64,000 bases of DNA from Schmidtea polychroa (taxonomy: Eukaryota): positions 20,400,001-20,464,000 of the forward strand of contig CM097885.1 in assembly GCA_044892525.1 (NCBI GenBank). Direction: 5' to 3'. The notes below the pieces were generated by a model that was given only the letters and a program-made list of their open reading frames with translations, did not search any database and was not told the DNA's origin. Made by a program: the position numbers and the translations under genes. Shown here in pieces: positions 12,526-24,153 of the stretch (the first letter of the stretch is position 1; each line of letters starts with the position of its first letter).

Positions 12526-14140
12526 CACTAGAACTACGGAGCCCGTCAAAATGACGTTTTTTATTTTCTTGCTACAAAATTATATAATTACAAATAATAT
12601 TTTTTTAAACAATGCATGAGTTTTTTTAGATATTTAGCAGTAATTAGTTTTATGAGTTTTTTTAATTTTTGAATGTATTCCACAGGCGAAAATTTTGAGC
12701 TAAAGGTATTTCTACTGACACCCTTCAAAATGACGGGTACCAATATCAAGGTGACTGGTGACAATAAACATAAACATCTTTACGATATTTATATCATCTG
12801 ATTCTAAACATTCATGCACTTCATTACACTCACCACTAGAATAACTAGACTAGTTGAAATATCTAGTTTTCATTTTTTCCAATTATATTTTATGTCTTTT
12901 GCATTTATAGACACATGTAAATTTATATGTAATTACAGTACGAATATAATAGCAAATAATCTTCAGAATTATACAATAAATAGAAGTGAGTAAATTCAAA
13001 AAAATAAATAATATTTTGGTTCTTATATTTTTTTTATTTATTAGGCTATAAAAATGACGATAAAGAAAATAGTAAAGATATTAGAAATAAATACTGGACA
13101 TACCAGAAGAATTCTCTGACATTGAAGATGATGAACCTTATGACAATGATGGGGAACCAATCGATAATAATAACGGACCGTACGGTATCAATAATGACAT
13201 TTTTGATAATGATGATAATGACAGTGATCATGATGATAATGGAAATGGTATATTTATGGTGGTGAAGCTTCAGAAAGTGAATATGAAAATATTTTGAATA
13301 TACAAAAAAGAAATTCAACAATTATCTTCAAGTTCTGAGCAGCGCCGTGCTGTAACTTTTGGGGGCCCTGTGCAGAAACTAAAAAAATTTTTTTTTTAAA
13401 TTTGAATTAATTTTTTATTGATTGTATTTAAACCACAACTGAATTATTAGGTATATTTGTTTCAAATTAAATCGTTGCCAACTAGATTTTTTTGAAAGTT
13501 AAACGAATTTTGAATTTTCAAATTTTTTTTTTCTTTCAATTCGTAGTAATTTATGGTATTGGAGAAGTTTTTCTAATGTATTTAATATTTGGGGCCCCTC
13601 AAAAATAGGGGGCCTAGTGCGATTGCACTTGTTGCACTTGCGATAGTACGGCGCTGGTTCTGAGGATCAATTAGAAGATGATGAAATCGTAAAGAAATTT
13701 GTAAAGACAAGAAGCCATATACACCAACACATGTGGCAAATATAAAGCAAACTTCTATATCCAATGAACCAGATACTCGTAAACAGTGTCAAACAGGTTA
13801 CTGTAATAAGAACAGAAGTATAAATATTTGCGATATATGCAAAAAATAAGTATGTGGAAAATGTACATTTTCAAAAAAAATATGTTTGTAAAAAATGCAA
13901 AGAATAATCCTGCATTTCATGCATCATACATAAATTAAAATAAATGTTTTGTTAATGAAAATTTAATTGTTTATCTACGACCATGTTGTAAAATACTAAA
14001 ATATGCTTCTAATAACTATTTTACTGTAATTTGATTATTTATATACATATTCTTTCAAACTGTTTATAGTATTTGGGAAGCCGTCAATTTGACTGCTTAT
14101 GGTAGAACTAGGTATATCAAATATGCTGGTAAATTGAGTG
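12526..14140 (+). mobile_element. Internally deleted piggyBac element
   Basis: TTAA at 12522-12525 and 14141-14144. Imperfect TIR CACTAGAACTAC / GTAAATTGAGTG and CCGTCAAAATGAC subterminal repeats. An acidic N-terminal remnant (13090-13250) and a Cys-rich C-terminal remnant RKQCQTGYC..CDIC..CGKC..CKKC (13775-13907) remain, but no DDD core. Confidence 0.8.
13340..13656. mobile_element. hAT-type MITE nested in the piggyBac
   Basis: TIR CAGCGCCGTGCT / AGTACGGCGCTG with a perfect 8-bp TSD GTTCTGAG (13332-13339, 13657-13664). Confidence 0.92.
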
Positions 14141-15946
14141 TTAATGTAATTTAATTTAACATCATATCAACATCAAAATTACAAATTGCACTTCTCTTGC
14201 TTTCAATGCTGCAAAATATGTAATAACTGTGTCGAAGTTAATCTTTTTGGACAAGTCGTGATTCACTCATTGTAGATCTTAGATAGGTTTTGATCAGTTT
14301 CAGTTTATAAAAACCTCTTTCACAGTTAGCAACTCTTATGAACATTGTCAAAAAATTCGGAATACAATGGCTAAGTTGGACGTCTACGAAGAGACTGAAC
14401 CTCATTTTTAAGATATTGTGAAATAATTTCGTCATATATCTCACACAGTGTATCGGTTGCTTCATCAATACCCGGGTCATTTGCTGTATTTTTAAGATAT
14501 TCCGCTTGTGTTAGAAATCCAAATTTAGTATTCATTCCCTTAATTTGTCGAAATCTCTGTTGAATTTCGACATACAATCGGTCAAGGATAGTGATATCCC
14601 CTAAGTGGGAGGTTTTGTTTGGATAAAAACAAAATCCCATCCAAAATTCGTTTTAAAATATCTCTATTTGGCAGCTTCCTTAGCAATTTTCAGTTGAAGT
14701 CCACAATCAATCGTTAAGCCTGCTTCAAGGCGTACTGTCATATCATTTCAAATGTCAAAAGCCAGTGGGGACAATATTTTAAAGACGACTTGACCTATTT
14801 AAAAATTGATTAATTTTGACGTGAAATGCATAACAAATTCATGGAACATAAAAATTCTATGACCTACATTAAAATACTAGTTGATCTACTTAAAAATATT
14901 AAGCAAAATTCTTTTTAACTTAATAATTTTTCCTCAGGGCTCGTGCTAGTGTGGACCAATCCATTTACCTTTTTAGTCGAAAATTCTTTTATTAAATATG
15001 TACTTACCAGCAAAGGGCTTAAATTATTATTTAATGGTTTATAAATCGTATAATTAGTGAAATTGCCACCATGATTCCATAAGTATTAAAAATTTTCTCA
15101 GTGAAAATTTTATTAACTGTCTAATACAGGATGTTCAAAATAAAGATTTAATCAAAAAAATGAAACCAAAAGAAAATTTAATTAAAAAGAATCATGGCAA
15201 TTTTTAGTTCAATCGATGCTTTTAATATTTATAATTTAATATATTATTTGATATTTTTTTATTTTTCCCATTATAAATTTTTTTAATATTCCTTTAAATT
15301 TGATATTTTCAGGTTTCGAAATAACGGATAAATGTAAATAATTTGAACAATTTTATTATTTTTAGCTTTAATAAATTTAATAAATTATTGTTGATATTAT
15401 TAAAATATATTATGAAATATTATGAAATTTAAATTTATTATTTATGCAAATTTAAAAAAAAATTTCATTCCGAATTTCTTTGATGTATTTACATAAAGTG
15501 AGTTGAGATGTATATAATTAGTAAAATGATGAAAATTCCAATAAACTAGTTATAAGGCAAATAATAATAATTATAATAATTTTAAAATATTTAAAAGAAA
15601 AATAATTTTACTTTATTTTCTTTGCAATGTTTCAATACAAACTTTTAAACAAATATTTCTTTTTAAATGAAAACAATTGCGCACGATAGGGTAAAACATT
15701 TATACCTTTTATGCATAATTAAATAATATAATTAAACTTTAAGTCTTAAAATTTGTTAGTTACAATTATATCGAAATCAATTTCACAACAACTGTTACTA
15801 ATTTTCTTTTAGATTCAAACTTATTATATATAATCAAAAACTGGTCAATTTTATTATTATTATATATATATATATATATGTGTGTGTTTTTTTAATTTTA
15901 TTAAACTTTTTTAATAATTATTGGTAACGTGTGATATTTGAAGTGG

Positions 15947-16445
15947 TTAGGGTTGTCAGGTTTTCAAATGTCCAAAGTAGGACACATCATCCTTAGTTTT
16001 TTAAAATTCAAAAACTCATAGGATTGGAGCGACTACATTTTTCAGTCTGATAAAACTTTAAACTTGATAAACACTCAATAAATTTCAATTCGGTTTTGAA
16101 CACTATATTGTTCTGTTTTATTTTTATAATTCTAAAAAAGTCATTTTCAAAAATTAAAATGACAAACCAATTCAGTATTTATTTTCTAAATTTTAATATA
16201 ATAAAAATAACATAAATTGATAGAAACAAACTAATGCCTGATTAAATTCTTGATTAACTGATTGCAATTTCACGGCATAAACTTTCAAATGAATTGCAAA
16301 TGTTTGGTATATTTGGTATAGTTAGAGTTGCCACATGTTGAGAGGCTCAAAGTAGGACAAATCAATAACCTACTACAGTAGTACGTAGAACAAATATCCA
16401 AATTGTAGGACTGTCCTACCGAAAGTAGGACGTGTGCCCATTTGC
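15947..16445. mobile_element. hAT (Blackjack-like) MITE remnants
   Basis: Two TAG(G/A)GTTG(T/C)CA terminal motifs and repeated AAAGTAGGAC subterminal motifs; the right end is degenerate. Confidence 0.5.
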
Positions 16446-18949
16446 ATTAAAATACACTTTCTTTTTTATTATCTGTCTCAATATTAATATTTAGTTATAA
16501 TTGTATTTCTATTAATAATGTAAAACTAAAAAAAACTTAAAATAAATAATAAAGGAAAATGCATATTTATTATATTACAACAATTCTAAAACTACTGAAA
16601 AACAATGAATATAACAAGAGAAAATCAATGTTTGTTTGGCGTACGGTCACTCACAGATTAACTTCACAGTAATATTGTAATATTGTAATATTATTATAAT
16701 TTAATATAAAAAGTGTAGTAAAAACCTTTAAAATATTTATATTGTTTATAAATACGATGTTTTCCTATTAATACTAACCTACTTTACTAGATTTTATTTA
16801 ACCAATCAAAGCACGCTTTTGAGTCGGATCAATAATTGTAACTTTCACATAAATTACTTCATTTCACATTTCTTCATTCAATGCAGTTTATAAAAATTGA
16901 ATTGAATAATAAATTTGTTTATATTTAATTACTAATTAATTAAAGGATTAATTAAATTAGTGACTTAATAAATTTCAAAATTAATTATAATAAAAATGAG
17001 ATATTGTTATGAGTCTGAATTGTTATGATTGTTATGATTTTAAACATTTATAAATTTTTATTATTAAAATAAAATCTTTTTTTGTTTGTCTAATGTATCT
17101 GGCAAATATAGAAATCGTTTAATAATAATAATTATCAATGCAAACAAGATGTATTGAAAAAATAAGAAATAATTCAAAGAAGTATATTTAAAATATACAT
17201 ATTAACTATTAAATTACAAATAATATGTATTTAATGTAAATTGTATATTTTTATTTTGTAAAATAAAGATGAAAAGAAAAAAAATTATTTAAAAGAAATT
17301 CTTTTAAAAATGCTTCAAGATTACTTCTGATTATTTCCTATGATGAATTGAATGGATTTGTATAAACTATTATTTTAAAAAAAATTATTAAATTTCAACC
17401 AGTGAGATTTAAATTTGAATTCAGAATTTATTCATTTCATCAATTTGGCTTTTTTGTACTTAAAAGAGGAAATTTTAAATAGTTAGGGATTAATGCATAA
17501 TTTTCATTTACTTAATTCATAATGAATATAAAAAATAAAATTTATATAATTATTTTAATGTTGATTTAAAGATTATGTCGATGACTGTCAAAGTACAAAA
17601 CGAATAATTCGATTTAGTAATATAATTATTTTAGAATTTCTCATCCATGCCAAATTATTTAAAAATATTTTAATAAAAAAAATTTAATTTTTAATCTTAA
17701 GCAATCAAAATTTCTGTTTTTATCACATTTCTTAATCACCAGTCAAAATAAACACTGACAACCTTTATTTCACAATATTAAAACAAATTTAATTTTCATT
17801 ACATTCTCGCTAGATTCTTCAGAATCGTCAAGTCTAAGACGAGTATTGGATTACATTCAACAAAAAATATTAATTCACTTTCTGGTTTAAATAATTTCTT
17901 GAGATTTAATTTGTCTTTGTCTCTTGCTTCGAATTTGGTTTTCGGCTAATTTATTATATTTTCGATTTTCTTTGGTCTTTTTCACTTGACCGTGTAGAGT
18001 TTATCAAATATAACTTTTGCAATTAAGCTTTCTTCTTCGATCGACATTTCTCTTTACAATTCCATTACAAAATAGTCTAAAGATCTCTGATTTTAATATC
18101 CATTTTTCAATAACATAAGAAGATGTAAATGATGTAAAATGTTTCACTATAACTTCAATGACAGAAGATATTTTAGAAAGTAGATTATTTAGTATTTTGA
18201 TAATAAACTTTGAACTTAGGCTTTATTATTTGTAAAGGTCTACAATAAGTAATTAAATATTTCCCTCACTTCTGAATCAGATATAAGTAGATAATTTGTA
18301 ATTGATATTCATATGACGTTTCGATTTGCTGTTAAGAAAATAAAACAAACAAATAATTAAGAAGTGCAAATTTATTTGTTATTTTATTGAAATTGGATAG
18401 AACCGGGTGTATCTTGCACATGTCCCGTAATTCTGACTCCTTGTCACTAATAAGCACGCCTTTAAGTATTTTTGTTGCTTATTACAAATCGAATTTAGAA
18501 TGGGGTATTGTTTTCAATCTTTTACGATCCCATTGAATAGGATGTTGATCAAAGAAGTACACGTGCCTCATATTTTTATAATCTTAGTTATGTTTGTTAT
18601 TCTTGTTATCCTGTTATTAAAGTAATATTTATAGTACATTTACCAAAATACTGATCTTTTTGAAATATTATCCACTGTCGAACACAAAATTCAGTAATGA
18701 TTTCTTTATTTCATTCTTGAAACGGCATTATGTACAGATGCTTATATATTTTCCTCTATAACAGTGTTTTTTGTTGTAATAACGTGGTGATAAATTACGG
18801 GTTCAGAACTTACATTTGTTGATAATTTCTTGGTACCGAAGACATACTTTGACCTCTACTGAAGGATTGACACATTACTAGTTAGTATCTGAATCATATT
18901 AAATTCCCATTTGTGTTAGGAAGAAAATTAGGAAATTATTTTCAAGAAC

Positions 18950-19363
18950 ATGATTCGAATGTGGAACGAGCTCTCAAATTCCAACAAGATGTTAATAAAC
19001 TTTTAAGTCAGTATGAAGAAGTCTACAAAGTTATGACTAAAAATAAAACACAAATTCCTATTTCAGACTTTTCCCCTTAAAAGTCTCAGCAAACTACGAC
19101 TAAAATCAATACAGCAACTGTAGAAGGAGATTATGCTATCCAGTGATGAATCTGATATTTTCTTTCTATGAAATAGATTTTTATGTTTTTTTAAAAATAA
19201 ATTTAACAATTTTTATGTTTTCTATGATTTAAATGATATTTTTACATTTTATTAGCCATATTTTGTGTTCAATAAATGTCTAAAAAAGCTTATTTATAGT
19301 GATTTTTGAATTACACGGTTTTGTCAGGAACGTATCTACCGTGTAAAACGAGGGATAGGTGTA
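18950..19363 (+). mobile_element. Tigger/pogo 3' remnant
   Basis: Encodes ERALKFQQDVNKLLSQYEEVYK..KTQIPISDF, resembling the Tigger transposase C-terminus; right end CCGTGTAAAACGAGGGATAGGTGTA. Confidence 0.6.
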
Positions 19364-20424
19364 TTGACAATTTTATAGCTCTATTTTTACAACTCTTCAT
19401 TTTCCTGAATGACGTTAAATATTTTCACCACTCTTACGGAATTACCAACTCTATAGCCATAATACAGAATTAACCAACTTTTACATGTCCTGTCTTACTT
19501 CCCAATCTATTTAAGTGATTTTTCCTCTTGTCAAAAATGTATATCTAGTTTTTAAGACATGATAAATTTTGCTTAAAAACATTTTATATTGTTAATCACA
19601 AAAAAGTATTCATTATAAGGAAAATTATTTTTATCAATATTTTTTTTCATTTTTTCTTCAATTGCATTTTTTTAATTATTTATTTTCATTATTTATACTG
19701 ATAAATTTTAATGAACGTAATTAATAGGTATTGTATTTATAATGTACATTATAGTGAAGATTAATATGATTAAATTGCATTCGATTTTAACTATATATTT
19801 TAATCCAAAAAACCATCTGAAAAACAAATATTAGTAAATGACCTTGACTGATTAATTTTTATTGTCTATTACAAAATTTTGTTTTAATCTACTAAATTAT
19901 TTGTTAGTTTTATGTTGAATATAAAATTTAATATTGACGAAGCTCTTGCGGTTGAAAACATTTTGTTAATTAAAGATGGTGAAAAGTATTAAATTTATTT
20001 TCCAATAAATATCGTCATCGCTGAAGTTGATTAAAACAAAACACGAAATTTTATGTCTACAAGTGACAGTAAAATCATTTTGTCCGTGGAAGTTGAATTA
20101 ACAATGATTTATTTCCAACTAAAATTTATTAACATTTCTTTCTTGTAATAAATACTTTTTCTTAGTATTAATTTATTAATGCTTATTTTTCTTATACTTT
20201 ATTTCTTTATACTTTGATTGTTTTATTAATTTTTGTAATTATAAAATTTTTAATTATATTATATATTTGGCTAATCAAACAAATGGAAAGATTTCTTGAT
20301 GAAATTGACAAAATGAAATTCAACTGACACAATTAATGAATTTAATTTGTAAAAGATTCGATATTTATAAGAAGCAAAATGTTCTACGGTGAAATTTTGA
20401 TAATAATTAAAATCATAACAAACC

Positions 20425-20600
20425 AGCTTTTCAGTACCTGAAGAACAAATTTCCTAATATCAGTGAGGCCAAAATTAAGCATTTTTTAGGACCACAAATA
20501 TGAGACAAGTTTGCTGGTACAATGGATAAACATGAACTTACAGAGTAGGGTGCATTCAAGCAAGTCTGCCAAGGATTCCTGGAAATATATAAACGCAAGG
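20425..20600 (+). mobile_element. Tc1/mariner m44-like transposase fragment
   Basis: Frameshifted YLKNKFPNISEAKIK..FLGPQI...AFKQVCQGFL, recalled as the m44-group motif. Confidence 0.6.
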
Positions 20601-22463
20601 CTGTTTACAATCAAATCGCTATAAACAATTTATGTTCTGGTTCTTAAACAAATATTCTTATCATCTATGTAATTTATATTATAATATCTTGGTATATTTA
20701 GTGATTTGATGTGACTTGACGTTGATAAACATGTTTAACAGGTTAGTTTGTATGCATCAAATAATACTATTGTTACAGTTATAAAATAATTAATATATTA
20801 AATAAATAATAATAATTATAAAACCAGAATATAGATTTGGAATCAGAATGCTTGATTTAATAAAGATTTAAAAAATCCATAACTGGTAATAGTATATTAA
20901 TTAGTAATTAGTATATCTAATTCTTTAAGCATGCTTGTATAAATGTATGCATTCAGTATCAATGATAAATGAACCAATGAAATTCACTATGAAATGTAAT
21001 ATAATATCGAACTTATAAATAGTACAAAAATATCTTTGTTTTTAATCATTATATATTTTTGAAAACATAGAAATTTTAAAACTTTTATTATTATCAGCAT
21101 GATGTTGTAATGTTGTTTTCCAACATTATTTTCATTGCGCTAAATAATGTTTCAAAACTAGACTAAAGATTTTACTTTATAATAATTGCGAGTTTTCTGG
21201 ATAAATTTTTAATATTACATTCATTATTTTTTTAACAAATTTTGAAAGTTTTCTTTGAAATATAGATTGATAAATCAATTGGTAAATTGTAGAAATATAA
21301 TATTATTATTAATATTATATTAGTAATTACATAATTATAGGTGTGGAATCCAAAAATTAAAAATTAATAATGAAAATGGTTAAAATAAAGGTATAAAAAA
21401 TTATTGATAAAATTATTATTAAAATTATTGAGCCTTTTAATTTAATATAGGTTAGTTAAAAAATAAATATGCTTTTTAATTTGCAAAGAAATACAGTAAT
21501 GATTTGTTTCGTGTTGTAATTTTTAAATAAAAACTATCTATATTTCATCTCTTTCAAATACGTAAAAAAATTAATTCCCAAAGTTAGAATTCGAAAGACA
21601 TTACTGAATTTTTATGTTTTTAATTGTTTTTGTAAACTTTAATATATCATTTTAATACACAATCTCTTCTTCACTCCATGAATATTTTAGTATTATTTAT
21701 TATTATTTATTAAATTATTTATTAAATCATTTATCATTTTCTGTAAACCAATGTTATTAATATTCTATTTATCCGCCAATTACCAGATTTGTCTTATTAT
21801 CTTTTATTACCTTTTATTATATTTCATCTAAATATTGCTTTAATTTCCATATAAATTCATTATATCTTTATTAATATTTGTTAATTACGCCTTATTTTTA
21901 TCCTTAATTATTCCTTAATTATTTCCTATAAATATCTTTTTTGTATTTTTCAATTGTTTGTTTGTTTCTGATATTTCAACTTTTGCCTATTGTCCTTCAC
22001 GGAATTTTAATCAAATCTATTTCAGTTCATTTGTCGAAATACAACAGAGAATATTTGTAATAATTTCAATTATTTTCAATGTGACAAAAAAGATCAAAAA
22101 TCTTTTTAATTACACACAACAACAATTTTCGGCTTTGCCTCTATCAAGAGATATTTTATAATATTTGATAAAGCATAGCCGAAAATCCGTGTTTAGTATA
22201 ATTAAAAAAAAATATGGAGAAAAATGAAATATCATCAAAAAATATTTTGAAAAATATATTTTGAAAACCAATTAATCAATTTTAATCTTTTGAAAGATTT
22301 TTTGAGAGTCTTCTTTAGAATTAGGCAACTGCCTGAATATGATAAAAAATATTCATTTAATAGAACAAATATTATTAAATTGTGAACCCAAAGAAATGTA
22401 AATGTTTATTAACATTTAACTTAACTTAAAATTCGAGTATTTGAAAAGAAAATATTAAATTAC

Positions 22464-22677
22464 CAAATTGTGTTGGAAGTCCACTGACGACCATATAGGA
22501 ATCCCCGATTGTTTCAACCTTGTAAACATTGAAATTGTCAATTATTTTGTCAAATGATGTATATAACTGATTTAATAAATTTATAACTTCGAATGGACTA
22601 CAAAACCCAGCAAGTTCTGTAAATCCAACAATATCACTAAAATATATAGAAACGCTATCAAATGCTTCAGCTTCTAC
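22464..22677 (-). CDS. Receptor guanylyl cyclase exon: cyclase domain N-half (absent from ORF track)
   Basis: Manual translation gives [20 protein letters not shown]...[17 protein letters not shown], with both metal-binding Asp residues and the GTP-specifying Glu. AG/GT borders are in phase. Confidence 0.95.
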
Positions 22678-22688
22678 CTAAATACAAA

Positions 22689-22767
<79 letters not shown>

Positions 22768-22769
22768 GT

Positions 22770-22978
22770 ATAAAATGATGATTGCTTGGTAGCAGCATTT
22801 ATTATTTAAAACAATAAAATGATAATTTAAGCCTTTTGCTGCAAATAATGTATTTAATGAAAAAATTTTCGACTATAAGATAGTCCTTGTCAATCTATCT
22901 TAAGGACTATCTTATAGTCGAAAATTCTTTCATTAAATACATTATTTGCAGCAAAAGGCTTAAATTATCATTTTATTG

Positions 22979-22982
<4 letters not shown>
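22770..22982. repeat. Fold-back repeat in (ATT)n; dispersed family
   Basis: ~81-bp near-perfect arms at 22807-22888 and 22902-22982; related copies at ~14975-15040, ~31335-31410 and ~63160-63335. Confidence 0.9.
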
Positions 22983-23068
<86 letters not shown>

Positions 23069-23386
23069 TTGTTTATGTTGTCTGAGTTGCTCGGCTACGG
23101 GAATGGGTAACATTTGATATAATAGTTCTTCATTTTGCTTCTTCTCCTCTCGAAGTTCTTCAGTTCTTTTCATGACTTCTTTTTCTAAGTTTTTTGTGTA
23201 AAGTATCATTTTTTCCTTCATACATTCAACAAGATTTTTCTTTTCTCCAAAAAGAACTTTAAATCTATTATATATTACTTTAGCTGTTGGCCTTTGAGCG
23301 GCATTTTCCTGCCAACATAATTTAATTAGATCTATTTGTTTCTTATCTGTTCTACTGAGCAAACTTAATTTTGGTCTATATGGAAC
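23069..23386 (-). CDS. Receptor guanylyl cyclase exon: end of kinase-homology domain and dimerisation coiled coil
   Basis: Encodes VPYRPKL...CWQENAAQRP...YTKNLEKEV...LLYQMLPIPVAEQL; phase 0/0 with AG/GT borders. Confidence 0.95.
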
Positions 23387-24111
23387 CTATAAAAATGATA
23401 TTAATTTAAATCAATTTTTAAAATTAATGTTATATTTTTAACAAAACCTCTTTATCTTAAATGGATAATTTAACAAAGATATGGTATTATTAAAAATTAA
23501 TTAAAAAAGTTTGATAGAGTAGCAAATGAAAAAACTACGATTATATTAATTTTCTATACAATGTTGTTTAAGAAATACAAACTAATTAAATAATTAACTA
23601 ATGTAAACTAATCAATTTAATTAGTAAACATAATTACTAATCTTGACAGTGGTGCTAAAATAAAAAGAGTCTAAATATTTGAGATTTTCTAGTTTAATAA
23701 GATAATTTGTTACATGATGAATGCAATGAGAACCATATTAAAAGAATGAAAAACGGAGTTAAATGCCAGGATGGTCGAGAGTAGATTGAATTAAAAAAGG
23801 AAGATAAAGTAAATGATTCGTTACGAAGCAAATTAATATTGAAAACAAGCGGTTGCCCATAGTAGTAATGAGAAAAAGTGAAGATTTATGAATATATATT
23901 TGAAAATAAATTTTATTGTGTTGTTATTTACGATAAAGAGCCTCAGAGGTTAGTATTACCCATTATGGTTATTCACTAGATTTTATTTATTTTATTATTT
24001 ATTATATTCAGATCGATTTCCCTATTACAATTCCCCCAAATAACAACCAATTGAGAAGTTATATATATATAATAGGCATTACAAGCTTTGTGATACCCAG
24101 TACAAATCCCA

Positions 24112-24153
24112 ATAGTAGACTAGTTTCGAGCTTTTGGCTCTCATCAGTACTAT
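24112..24153 (-). ncRNA. Intact minimal type I hammerhead ribozyme
   Basis: Minus strand reads ATAGTA CTGATGA GAGC CAAAA GCTC GAAA CTA GTC TACTAT: 6-bp stem I, exact core, 4-bp stem II, palindromic ACTAGT stem III and a GUC cleavage triplet. Confidence 0.9.

Larger units (their letters stand above)
12111..14760 (-). mobile_element. hAT transposon remnant (C-terminal dimerisation domain), interrupted by a piggyBac
   Basis: 14170-14640 encodes ..VANCERGFYKLKLIKTYLRSTMSESRL..INFDTVITYFAALKAR, matching hATC. The terminal-like AGTGGTATAG..TGCCGCCC at 12111 is assigned to this element by inference. Confidence 0.7.
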
